A stretch of DNA of 63,818 nucleotides, counting the filler, from Neolecta irregularis DAH-3 (lineage: Eukaryota): assembly GCA_001929475.1 (NCBI GenBank). It is 6 parts of 6 records of this genome, joined end to end, with 100 filler letters (N's around TTAATTAATTAA, not from the genome) between each part and the next. Parts side by side here need not be neighbours in the genome. Positions count along the whole stretch, not along the records: positions 41,893 to 62,421 come from LXFE01000130.1; 5 more parts are not named here. One strand, written 5' to 3'. Made by a program: the position numbers and the translations under genes. Below, piece by piece: positions 49,813 to 61,865 of the stretch (position 1 is the first letter of the stretch; each line of letters opens with the position of its first letter). Under the pieces are notes generated by a model, which worked only from the letters and a program-made list of their open reading frames with translations, had not been told where the DNA came from and ran no database searches.

Positions 49813-51606
49813 TTAGTCTACTCGTCTAGATTTCGAACGCTGACTCGTGACATTTGTTTCGCTGCTCTGTTCATCTATGATCTCGTCCACCTTTTCAATT
49901 TTGGGTTCTTCGGATTTCTTAGGCTTCACGACTGTTACTTGAGGTTGTGACTAGGTCGAGTCAGCGAAAAAAAGTACTGGGAACCTACAGGTGTGAACAG
50001 GGAGACGGCAAGGAAGGTCGATCCGAATATAGCGAGAAGGAGTGTTAATACGTGGTATTTCATGCTTCGGATAGTGCCCACTGGGTTCGCTTTTAATTTT
50101 TCAACAAAGGATCCAAACTCGCGTTTTATAAATCCGACTGGATCACTCTTGATCTGTGCAATCCAATCCTCATCGGAATCCAGGTCATCTGCAGTTTTTT
50201 TAGAGGCGTCTTCTTCGGCCTTTTCAATGGCATATTTAACTTCCCAAGTCTCTTTGGCGAATTTTTCTGCATCGGCAATAGAATCACCGATGAAGATGTT
50301 GTCAAATAGGATGTCACTTTGCATAGTCCAAAGCTCGAAGCCGAGACCTGTCATTCTTTCGAAATTGGCTGGTGAAAGATCTTCATAGTGATTTGGATTG
50401 GGGATTTTTCGAGGTGTCCACGATCCTTTGTAGTTGGGATTAGGAATAGTTGGGGGTTCCCATTTTCCTTTGTAATTGGGATTTGCTTTCATGGGTCGTT
50501 TCCAGGGTCCACAGCCTGAAATGGATCCGCATTTGGGGTTATGAATTTTTGCCGGGGTCCATTCTCCATCTTCTTCGTCATTCCATTCTTCTGGTTTTTC
50601 CGCATCTAGACTTAGGAATGACTAAACCTAGAAGAATACCTGGATCAGAGATATCGAGTGGTTCGTCTTCCAGCCAATCTTCAGGCTTTTCGGCCTCCTC
50701 GTCCAGTATTGTTGCTGGGGCAGTTTCATCCCAATCATCTGGTTTCGCCGCTTCAGGATCGGGGATTTTTGCTTCATCAACCCAGGCCTCTGGTTTTAAG
50801 TCCTCTGGGTCGTCTATTTCCTTTTGTGGATTTACGGGAGGTTTGAAATTTTCCAGAAGCGAACCTTTCTTTATACTTTCGTTGTTGATTTTGATCTCAA
50901 AGGATTGATCAGGATCGATAATTAATGTGTAGAGAGTGGAAAGCTTTGTGATTCTGGCTGCTGGTGGGGATTCGAGATGTTTCTCTTCATATTCTCCGTT
51001 AAGTGGGTTCTTGTGACGAAAGATGAAGTGCACAACATTGTGCCTAGAGTGAATACATTTTCAGCGGAGGGAATACCCGCATCGATCCGGCCCAAACATA
51101 ATTTGCCAGGCTGTCTTGTCATGGAATTCCTCACCAGGGATCTCCTTCAGCAATTTGAGATAGGCGCCACCGCATTCGAGGCCGTTTTGAAGTTTGACTT
51201 CATACTGAACCACCAGGGTCTTTCCAGCATTGTCAATGGGTTGCGGAAACTCGGCAGATATGGCATGATGGGCGGCTGCGTCTTTGACAACAAGACCTTT
51301 ATCGCCGACAAAGCCCTTAAAGACGGTTGGCTCCTCCACAGCCCATTTGCCGATGTAGCTAAACTCTTGCTCCTTGCCAGGCTCGGGAGCCTTTTTAGCC
51401 TTGGATACAATCCAGCGAAATTCCCAGCCGGGGGTGAACTGCTCGAGCAAATAGGCGGCCTTTAGTCGGGAGGGGACGAAGCGGGGCTTTGCTGCATCGG
51501 CGGAGGTATTGGCGGGAGAATCGGCATCAGGATGCGCTGGATCTGCCGCGACCAAGAGAGGGCATAGCAAGAGGAAGAGGGCGGAACGGAAAAGGTAAGG
51601 GTGCAT
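49813..51606 (-). CDS. CNE1: Calnexin (ER lectin chaperone), 4 exons
   Basis: Signal peptide, [35 protein letters not shown]-domain repeats [12 protein letters not shown] / [25 protein letters not shown]-terminal TM helix. Confidence 0.96.
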
Positions 51607-51958
51607 GGCTGAAAGAACAGAACGGACAGGCGGACAGGGCGGGGCAGGCGTCCTTTTAACCGCGTGCCTATGAAGAACACTTGAGAAGGCTGACGTGGCC
51701 GCTGCAGGCTGCGGCCCCAAGAGCTGCTAGTTTACTTGTTTACGTGAGATTTGCACTTGCAGAGTATCCAGATGTATATATATATATAGGCATGATGGTT
51801 AGTCCCGCGCAGAGCTCTGTATGCCCGTTGTATACATGGTGGTTGGTCTCGCTGTATGCTTGCTTAGGGTTTAGGGTTATAACCATATGCTCATCTCGTC
51901 ATCGTGCACCCCTTCCACTTCCAGCATCTAACCTCCAAATCCATCCTTATACCTTCGC

Positions 51959-53879
51959 ATGTACACCGCCAGTCTCCCGGAACGCAGATGGGTTGGCCAT
52001 CCTGCTATCCGCGCTGGCTCTGCAGAGTGGATGCAGATGGCCCTGCTGACCGTGGGCCTCGCAGGGTATGTCATCCATTGCTTCCACACGCCTGTTCAAT
52101 CTTGCCAGCCTCCAGTTTACCTGTATCACTCACTTCTCACTCGCAAACTGATTTCCCGCTCTCAGGGTCAATTGAGATGACCTATGGTACTCTCGCATCC
52201 GTCCACCTGCAGAGCTGAATACAGGAACCCCGTATCTGCTCTCTCTCGGGCTCTCCAAATCGCTCATGTCTCTCGTCTGGTTGGCGGGCCCTATGTCCGG
52301 ATTGGTCACACAGCCTCTTGTTGGCATTATTTCAGACCGGAGCAGGCTCCGTTGGGGCAGGCCCCCCAGTCTTGCTTTCTCTGATCGCAGGTCGCCGGAG
52401 ACCGTTCATTATCGCCGGTGCCGTCATCACTTCGGTGGCTCTCATTGTTCTTGGCTGGACTAGAGAGCTCGTGGGCGTGTTTACTTCCAACGAAGAACGA
52501 TTGGCGAGATGGACTGCTGTGTGCGCCGTACTATCCATCTACGCTATCGACTTTGCAATTAACGCTGGTGTGCTCATCGGCCATCCGTAGTTGATATGTC
52601 TAGTTCAAGGAGCTTCTCGTGCAATTATCGTAGACACCTTGCCTCAACAAAAACAACACCTCGGGAATGCCTGGGCTGGGAAAATGATGGGATTTGGTCA
52701 AATTATCGGGTGCTTCATGTATCCATTTCTCTCTCTCCGTATATTAATTTGTAGGGGCTACGTTAAGTTAACCAGTTTCCTGTCGTTCCTTGGGAATACT
52801 CAATTGAAAATAATTTGTGTCCTCGGTGCACTCTCATTATTGAGTTCTGTCTCAATTACCTGCTACTATGTTCAAGAACGCGTCCTTATTGAGAAATCGT
52901 ATCTTTCCTCATCTGCCATTGCTAACCAGAGAACATCTCTCGACTCCTCCTTACAAGTCTTTAGTTCCTTGTGGTACACCCTCCGAAATCTCCCTCCTCG
53001 GATAAAAGCTATTTGTCACATCACCGTACCTTTCGCCGGCTTCGTCCTCTAGTCTAACAAACACAGTTTGCAAGCTGGATAGGTTGGTTCCCGTTCCTGT
53101 CTTATTCGAGTACGTGGGTCGGTGAGATTTATGTCCGATCACAAAATTTCTCAAAGGCTCATCTGGATGATGACAAGGTCGCTCAAATCGCTCGGTCAGG
53201 GAGTTCGGCGCTGCTTATTTATAGTTGTGTTTCATTTGCTTCGTCTTTGCTACTTCCCTATGTCATTGTTCCGACAACACAAAAATTCTCTCGACTAGCA
53301 CCTTATCAGCCAAATTTGCTCACTGGTTGGATCATCAGCATATTTATTTTTTCAGCAGCGATGTTGACTGCTCCATGGGTGAAGAGCGTCTATTTGTCTA
53401 CATTACTTGTCTCAATTTGTGGACCAAGTTGGGCGATGACCATTTTCGCCCCTTTTGCTCTCTTAAGCCTTGAGATTCATCGATTGGGACAGGACAATAT
53501 CCCTTTGTCACGGATTCCTCAGGAAGAGCCTCTTGATAATTCCGAAGACAGCGATGATACCGATACTCTTTATTTACGACATTCACTAGATGACCATCGT
53601 CCTGTTTCCAAATTTAGTACCTCTGCTTCAGATTTAAGCGGCTCTTTTCTGGGAATATTCAATATTTTTGTTGTTTCCCCTCAGTTTGTTATTACTTTTA
53701 TTAGTTCAATTGTTTTTGCAATCTTGGAACCTGGTCAGAGTGCTGAATTAACGGAAGGTACGATTGAGGAAAATGGATTAAACGCAATTGCTGTTATACT
53801 GGGGATTGGTGGATGTGCTTCTTTTGGCGCCGGGGTATTTGGATGGAATGTACGAAAATGGTGGTTCATTGAGGAATAG
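51959..53879 (+). CDS. GPH-family sucrose/alpha-glucoside:H+ symporter (S. pombe Sut1-like)
   Basis: [43 protein letters not shown]...[41 protein letters not shown]; includes a 14-nt micro-exon. Confidence 0.9.
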
Positions 53880-53909
53880 TTTCGACAATTTAGTAGTCTT
53901 GGTATCTGT

Positions 53910-55194
53910 TTAGTTTGCTAAAATTGTCCGAAACTGGCTGATGAGATCCAGAGCCTGTAAATGTTCGTCTGCACCGTCTGTTAGTCGCTTATCTGTTTCG
54001 GCGAGTTCTTGAATCATTCTACATTTTTTGAATTCCGTATAGTCACTCGACTGGATGATTTTATCATGTAACTTTTGGTTAATCCAATGCTGTCAGCATT
54101 CATACCTGACTAATGAGTTGTCCGCAACTATAACTCTCCATAACTACTTCCTCGACCATTGTCTGTGCCTCAACAATCCCTTTTCCCTTGCTACAAACCT
54201 CCAGTAGCCTCCTCAATACGGATTCTGGAATTACACCGGCGATATCAATAATTTCAGCAGAAGTGATATCTACTTCCATATCTCCTTTCATTGCCTTCTG
54301 TAATTTTGTAGCAGACTGAAGATACGTAATGCTCTTCCGTAAATCTCCCTCAGAGACTCGAACCAATGTTTCGAGCGTATCCTTTCCAACGCCTACATGC
54401 TCCTCATTGGCAATATACGATAATCTCGACAAGCTATTTTCCGAATCAAGCGGCTTAAAGCGAAATTTCGAACATCGCGAGGCCAATGGCTCAATAATCC
54501 TGCCCTCCCGTCTCAGCACTCACGGATGCTTCTTCATCAGAGACATACCTAGTAACATAATTACAAATGAGACAGAATCTAGTTATTTTAGAGTATGTTT
54601 CCATAGTCCTCCGTAATGCAGATTGTGCATCCTGAGTCATCGAATCAGCTTCATCTAAAATAATAATTTTAAAAGGAGGACAAGGATATTCATTCCCCAA
54701 TTTATTTGATACTGCCATCTTTGCAAAATCTTTGACTTTTTCGCGGACGATGCTGATTCCTCGTTCATCTGACGCGTTTAGTTCCAAGACTCGCGATTTC
54801 ATTTGTTCAGGTCTAGCATTTGTTAAATTTTGTTACAAAGGCCCGGAAGATGGCCCAGAGGGAAGGAAACCCATAAAGTTCTTTTGCTAATGCGAGAATT
54901 GTTGATGTTTTTCCGGTCCCGGGGGGTCCATAGAATAACATATGTGGCAACTAATCGCTTTAGAGTCTATTTTCTATCGGGATATTAATACATTTGACGA
55001 GTTCAAAGTTCGTTTGAGGACATTGATTGTATGTTCTTGAGCGGAGATTTCTGAGAGATTTTTGGGGCGGCTGGCATAAATAAGCTTTTCGGATAATTGA
55101 TTGGTTAAAAGTACTATTTCTCAACCCATGGGACTTGAGTTGGTTGAGAATATTTTGTTGGTTTGGTTCGAGCTTTGGTGTCAAAGAAGGACAT
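53910..55194 (-). CDS. RFC2: Replication factor C subunit 2
   Basis: [86 protein letters not shown]. Confidence 0.96.
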
Positions 55195-55646
55195 TTGAGG
55201 TGGAAGTAAAGATTACCTTAAAAATGTCGTTTACCAGCCAGACCCGTCATCTGAATGTCCCTTAGTTAACTCAGAATCTCTAGCAATGGAAAGCTGCTAC
55301 TTTGCAATGGTGACTCTTTGAAATACTCATTACTGGTAGAGACAATTACCAGCTAATAGAATAATAAGATTTCTTACTGCCCACGACAGAAAAAGTTTAT
55401 AGAATAAGAACTGGACAGAACATTTTCGTTGTTTGTGATCTTAAGACATGTTTACAAGTAGAACAATGCAGATGAAGATGCTGAGCTGACAGCTATTTCG
55501 GGGACCTAGGTTAATATTCCTCAATTGTTCCAAATCTCCACATAAAACAAATTTAAATCAAAGTCATAACCATACCGTAACATTCGATGCAGCAAGAACA
55601 TTTGAAAACATGCCAAAATTTAATCGATTGGCATAAACCTTGATGA

Positions 55647-57336
55647 TTAGAGACTAACTTTGAGAAATAAGGATTCGCACGCCCAAATGGTTCCTAAACC
55701 AGCAGATATCGTACCCCAAACGATAACAATCCACATGACGATTCGCTTAAACAGACTTATTTGACCTTCGAATATCTTCATATAGAAAAGAAGAGGGAAA
55801 ACAACACATATACTAAAACATAGAAATGCGCCGGCGAACCCCTGTATCATCACTATCTATGTTCAACAGCAGACATACCACGACCCGCTCAAATTTGGGA
55901 AACAGGATAGACAAAAGAACAGGAACCGCATTTGCCAAAACTCGATTGACACTCTTCCCAAATATTCCATTTACTTTAAAAATTCCATCGAGGGTTACAC
56001 AAATGGGACGAACACTCAAGGGCATCTTACTCACTGGAACGATCGCAATCACAGCAACTAGAATCGCATTCAGCCATACCACTCGACCTGTATCCAGCAC
56101 GCTTTGCGTGACCTCTGGGAGAATAGCACGACCAAACATGAGATATCCAATAATGCCCATCGAAAACTCGAGACCCGTTGCTATAGCGTAGGATATCGAT
56201 GCTGCTCGAGGGAATTTCACGGGCTGTCGCATATCTCGATATATGCTAGGAAAAACAGGAAGGCCTCCGAATGGGGACATGAACAGACCTATAGATAGGG
56301 GTAGATAGTTGAGATTTGTGGGGAACAAAGTGGTCGAGGCTGGATGGAGTAAGGAACCAGGCGATGTGCAGTTGTAAAGACCGTTGAATACTGTGATTAG
56401 GAGGACTTGGTTGATAAACGGAGGTGTTTATGAGACATACGCAGCGAAGTCCCAAAGATACCAATAACACTCGTAAAACTTAGAAATTTCAATGAAACGA
56501 ACGACAGTGGTGATATCGTTACGAATCCAATAAGTTTGAAAGAGACAACCGAAATCGACGGAAACAAGGCATTCAGCGAATCCGAAAATAAACAGATTAA
56601 TGCTACGCTATGCAAAATGAATACTGTGACAATCAGAGGCAGCATACTTCGCAGCAGTAAGATCGAGAAAGAAGAACATGGACGTGATATAACGTGCTTT
56701 CAAGCCATAAGCCCTATCGGCAACATCGACATATGTGACCAGCTGGTGGTCTGAATCGAGGCAATTTGCCAACAGTAAAGTTCTAAGAGTCGTCAGTCCA
56801 TGGCGGACCGATAAGATCATTCGCACGTCCAAAGAGTGGCCGATCCGGATGCAAAAAGAAATATTACTCCCAAAACCCATCCAGATAAGCGAAATGCAAG
56901 TGGTAAGCTCAAGATACCGATGCCAACAAGGAAATTGACACTGTTGAAGACAGATTGTGGTACATTGCTCTATCCATCTCAGTCTGATGCCATTGCGCTG
57001 AATTATGCACCTGATAGTTTATACACAGAGTTTCCTCCTTCCTTCCAACAAGCGGAGTAGTCTCTTGTGCAGAGGACAGTTTCCCTTGTGACACTGTCTC
57101 AACTGAATTCTCATCATCGAATCTGGATTCAGAGTCAGAATGGCCCGAGCATATGCTTTGTTGAACATCTATATCGCGGAAAGTCTGCGCTCGGGAGAAC
57201 GATTCAGCAAACTGAGACAAAGAATTCCATCCTCCGGGGGGTGGAGATTGTGGCTTCTAATTGATTATAACAGAGAAATACTGACAGATGTTACTGAACA
57301 CGGCCCTGGGATTGGGATTCCTCTGGAAGATGTCAT
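55647..57336 (-). CDS. Vacuolar amino acid transporter (AAAP family, Avt1-like)
   Basis: SNVPQSVFNSVNFLVGIGILSLPLAF..SGW, TYVDVADRAYG, VFPSIYRDMRQP.KF, GYLMFG; multiple TM segments. Confidence 0.88.
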
Positions 57337-58299
57337 CTTCACAATATCGTCGGTGGGGATTATGCCTGAGATGGTGATCTGTGGATGGTTATTTTAAGAA
57401 TGTTGAACAATGATATCATTAGGGATGTTCCTCGCATTACATATGACAGGCTTGTGCAAAATCTTTATTTTAAGGCGCGTTTTGCAGCCACGTTTGTAGC
57501 CCGAATTTCATGAAATTGGAATTTGACAAGCGCTGCTTGCAACCAGAAACTAGCAACTTTGTTTTACAAAATCACCTCGAATTTCATGGAATTCATTAGC
57601 ATACATTGACCTAGCGATATGCGTAGGGCATGCGTGTGTCTAAAGCAAACCTAAATAATTCGAGAAACAAATAATTTTCACATGGTCTCGGGATCATGGC
57701 TGGCTACCCCGATAATACCTTTAAAAGTTAGGGTTCCCATCAATGTTTTCTGCACTGCATAGGCTTCTTTTTCTCTTGAGCTAATAATTGTTTTTGGGAG
57801 GTTGATGATGGTAAAAAATGAATCATGTGAATCTTAGGGACTTTCCATCCCCGCAATGTTTGTGTTGCCGTGAACTCCACTAGAGTCGAACTAGGCTATA
57901 GGGGACCTCCGTACAACGGATTCCTCCTTCTAACGAACCAAACTAGTTTCCAAAGTTAATTAGTATGTTGTATTTTTCTATCCTGATAGAACCAATACGC
58001 CTTATAACGAACTCAACAACCTTGAAGGCCACATTCTTATAAGTAGGTTCGACTGTAATTTTCATTCCATTAAATAGAAATTTTGTCGAAAATAGGGCTT
58101 TCCACAACTTGCACAGCTGTTTCGGATTATGCAAGATGCTAGTAATGATTTGTCCAATCTATCTTGCTATATCTCTAGAAGCTGAGAAATATATAACCAC
58201 ATTGAGTAATTTGACATCACAAAATCATTGTCCAGTTTTCATTATTGCACAATTGATATCAACAAACCAAACAAGACTGGAACAATTTCTTTGCTGAAA

Positions 58300-58409
58300 G
58301 TTATAGCCTGAGTTACATCACTTAGGCTAGGTATGTCCTGTACGGAGTTACAACACTTAGGCTAGAAATATATCCTGGTTTATTTGTAACTTCTGGCGTT
58401 AAGCTTACA
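58300..58409 (-). mobile_element. Solo-LTR-like element, family C
   Basis: Reverse complement TGTAAGCTTAACGCCAGAAGTTACAAATAAACCAGG...TTTCTAGCCTAAGTGTTGTAAC closely matches the copy at 39757. Confidence 0.65.
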
Positions 58410-58533
58410 CGTCGTGTTTAGTGCGGGTTACATGATTTGAAAGTGCAAGCCAGATTTGCCTCTGCACGTAATCTACCAAAGCAGACAAAACATGTTGAGT
58501 AAACATAGCGCAAGATGCAACCTCAAATTTATA

Positions 58534-59473
58534 TCAGGCGGTCGAATGCTTTTTGTGATCTTTATCCATACTCGCCAGTTCAGGAGCCTTCCTCTTTGGT
58601 ATCACATCCATAAATGCCTTGTCCCAATCTCGGCATTGCATCCAACCACTCAAAATTTCGAAGACTTGGTTTACGGTTAGAACTTTCCGTGAACTCATCT
58701 TGATATGTTGCTCGATCGGCAAACGAGCAGTTGCTATTCCCTGCATAACGGCCTTATCGAAACACATACTCTACTATGAATAAAAAAAAGTCGTAGACAG
58801 GATTAATACCTTGTGACGATTTTTGTCTACTAGACCTCCTATAATATAGGTCTTCGACTCCTCAAGTTCGGAAATTACGTTCTCTGAATCGGCTGTTAAA
58901 TAGACAAAGTCCAGCTTTTGTTCAGGAACCATATATGGCTCTTCCGTTATTATTACATGTGTCCAATTCGTGTGCTGGCCCCGCAAGGCGTTCAAAAAGC
59001 GGATTTTTAGTTGACCGGTGAAAGAAGTTATCTGAAGATGGACCCGAACAGGCGCTGATTTGTTTATTGAATACAACCGCGTTATTTGACTTTGAAGACT
59101 AATAATCTCCTGTATGAAGTCAAGCAATGCTATTGAGCGTACGGCGTACTTTTTCAGTCATTTGATTATCAAAGCCGCAATCGATTATTACGCCCATATT
59201 ACTAAAGATCCGAGGCTTTAACCTTTTCGCAGGAGGAGCTTCTCTCTCTTCGATCTCCTTCCTTTTCTCGACCTTCTTTGCTCTGCGCTTTTCTTTCTCG
59301 GCTTTCCGTCGTGCTGGTTTAGCCTCTTCCCAAATTTTCTTTTGTAATTCTTTTTTTAGCCTTCGGCGTTCGCATGCTGGTAGGCGCCGAGTCTCTGCTC
59401 CCTTCTCTTCATCTGCAGGGTTCAATAATGAGGCATCTGGCATCGATTCAAGCGCATCTAGTGACTCACGCAT
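58534..59473 (-). CDS. TRM10: tRNA m1G9 methyltransferase Trm10, 3 exons
   Basis: IIDCGFDNQMTEK|EIISLQSQITRLYS, VYLTADS, YIIGGLVDKNRHK, TARLPI, RKVLTVNQVFEI, VIPKRK. Confidence 0.95.
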
Positions 59474-59576
59474 TTCTGAGCGTTGAAATTTTATCGGCAA
59501 GGTTCGTCCGGGGGTGATAAGGGCCCTTAAATAACTCAACGGCGTTTTAAAAATTACTGGAGCTTCACCCCTCAGG

Positions 59577-60323
59577 ATGACAGTGATCACTGATCTTCCT
59601 AACGAAGTCATTCGCACTGTAGCTCTATATATCCAGGACCCAGTTTCTATTGCTCGGTTTAGGCAGGTCAATCGCAAATTCAATCGATCGGTCGAACTTA
59701 ATAAAAATGTCATTTCCATACAATGCCTTCTTGCCATGCACAGAGATGCTATCTACACTAGCATGTTCGTCGCTTACCAAAATGAGAAAATGGATCAACT
59801 GGAATGCGTATATCGCACAAGGTTGCGTGGTGATCTTGTCAGGTCAATTATCATCGAAAATCCTGATTGGTGGGTGGAAGACGAAGATGGAGATGATCGA
59901 AGTCAATGGGCAGTCTGCATTGCAGGGTGTTGGGCTTTGGCCCGGAAATCATGGAATCAACGTGAAGACGATAGATCCATCGAGTACTCCAAACTCACAA
60001 TATTTCGCTACTTTGAAAAAGTTATGGGCCTACATTATGTTAAAGAATCCTCGTTTAACACCCTGATGTGGAAAATTGCAATTCCTATGGTTCGAATATT
60101 TAATCCGGATGATACAGATAAAACCAAGGCTGAAATGTTGAAGCTGTTTGCCCTAGGTCCAGAAGTTTGGAGGTCTTTCATCAATAACACTGTTACAAAT
60201 CCAAAGGATCTGCTTTGGTCGGTAAACCAAAAACCTGTTCCCGGCGGACCGTTAGTCAGACTCTTTGATGCTTGCTTTCGAGAAACAAGAAGATTTAGGT
60301 ATACCGAACAACCAGAGGAGTGA
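59577..60323 (+). CDS. Intronless F-box protein
   Basis: ITDLPNEVIRTVALYIQDPVSIARFRQVNRKF fits the F-box consensus. Confidence 0.75.
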   Translation: MTVITDLPNEVIRTVALYIQDPVSIARFRQVNRKFNRSVELNKNVISIQCLLAMHRDAIYTSMFVAYQNEKMDQLECVYRTRLRGDLVRSIIIENPDWWVEDEDGDDRSQWAVCIAGCWALARKSWNQREDDRSIEYSKLTIFRYFEKVMGLHYVKESSFNTLMWKIAIPMVRIFNPDDTDKTKAEMLKLFALGPEVWRSFINNTVTNPKDLLWSVNQKPVPGGPLVRLFDACFRETRRFRYTEQPEE

Positions 60324-60509
60324 AATATCTATGTACAAGTTATCATCGGTTTAATCGGGTTTGATATTCAATATAATCGAGATTGAGGCCGTCTAAGGCT
60401 TAAACCTTGGTTTGCTGACTCTCCTAGCAGTTCCCTTTCCCAAAACTTTAGTATTTGTAGTTTATTGCTTTGATGAGCAAAAACAGCTGACTCTGGAAAC
60501 CATCAGCTA

Positions 60510-60930
60510 TTCACAACCCCCTTTTTCCTCCGTCTCAAACCCCTTTTAATCATCATCTCCTTTTCTCTCGTTTGCCCTCTCCTTACTCAAACTCAACACA
60601 TTCGAAATCCTCGTTCTCACCTAATTAATCAAAACAACAACACAAATATTTACCTCCACAAATGCCTGTCCACCACCGAAGTCAAGAATATGGCCTAATC
60701 CCAGATATGACCGTCATCAAGGATATGATGAGCGTTAGGCGTCAAGGTCACCATTTTCTACTTTCTCCTTTATATAGTCTCTCTCTAATATTTGTTTCTT
60801 TCTATAAGTAGCTCACAATTCTCTGCAGGAAAAAGGGGGATGATTATCTCTTCTATAAGTAAGGGCCAGGAGCAAATCTTTTGCAGCAGCGAAAATATTA
60901 TCTTTTAATTCTCTCTTTACCCCATCCTAC
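60510..60930 (+). repeat. Dispersed repeat family B, copy 2
   Basis: Ordered blocks shared with the reverse complement of 29520-29830. Confidence 0.6.
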
Positions 60931-61051
60931 CTGATCGTTCAATCTTCAATACACCTTCACTCCCCCCCCCATATCGCTCAAGCTATCTCTGAAATTACAA
61001 AGCTCAAAGTTACCCGGATTTCCCTCGAACCTCCCCGACTTGCAGCCTTCG

Positions 61052-61345
61052 TGTCACATGCTGATGTGGACTTAGATTGGATATGCCAGCATAGATACTA
61101 TGAGTAAGAGTAACTTACATATATTGAATTTGTATGCGTATACATCTGTACACACTTACCAATACGGAAGGAAGGCTTGCATTAATATTGCGGCAATTAA
61201 ATTGTAGTATATGATATAGAAAGGGGGTTCATACCTAGCCAAGACGCCAATACTTAGGCTAGGTATGTCCTGCTGCAAGTCGCCAATACTTAGGCTAGAA
61301 ACAATGCAACCTAGTCTTATTCGTATCTGGGCGTCAATACTTACA
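61052..61345 (-). mobile_element. Solo-LTR-like element, family C (TGTAAG...GTGACA)
   Basis: TG...CA ends, internal duplicated CTAGCCTAAGTATTGGCG, TATA-like segment; no clear target-site duplication. Confidence 0.6.
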
Positions 61346-61751
61346 GAATATCAGGTGAAAGCCTAGCAAGTTAGTCCGGCTGGGCGCGACTTATATTCAG
61401 GTTCGCCACTTGGGCTGCTGCCGTCATCTGCCTTCCCGTTGCCTTGCAGGGTGGCGATGTTTGTGGATGAGCTGCGACCCTTGCTGCTCTCTGTGCTCCT
61501 TCCGATGATTGGGCGGTGGCGGTGGCAAGCTAGTGGGAGTTGCGACGGTGGGGTAAAGATTTGTCCCCACAACGACCCAAGAGATTGAAAGCCCATACAA
61601 CCGCGCTCACAAATCAACAATCTAATAATTCTATAAACGCCTACAACAACTAGCTCCGCCCTAAGAACGATAGTTCCTACCATGCACGTGAAGATGTTAT
61701 CTTATTTACCGACATTAATAATGGGAGTATAAACACTTGTATGATTACGCG

Positions 61752-61818
61752 TACCTAACCAAGTTCACATACTTAGGTTGGCAACCGAGTCGTATTGTGT
61801 GCCCGCCAAGTACTTACA
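61752..61818 (-). mobile_element. Diverged family C element (5' part)
   Basis: TGTAAGTAC...AATACGAC...CCTAAGTAT...CTTGGTTAGGTA. Confidence 0.5.
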
Positions 61819-61865
61819 GTAAGCGAAGTTTCAAACCAGTGGCCAAAATATTCGGTCTCTCAACC

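Noticed and set aside
48600-49829. Plus-strand gene overlapping the calnexin 3' end
   Set aside because: Exon-like pieces exist, but no consistent stop-free spliced model or homology could be built.
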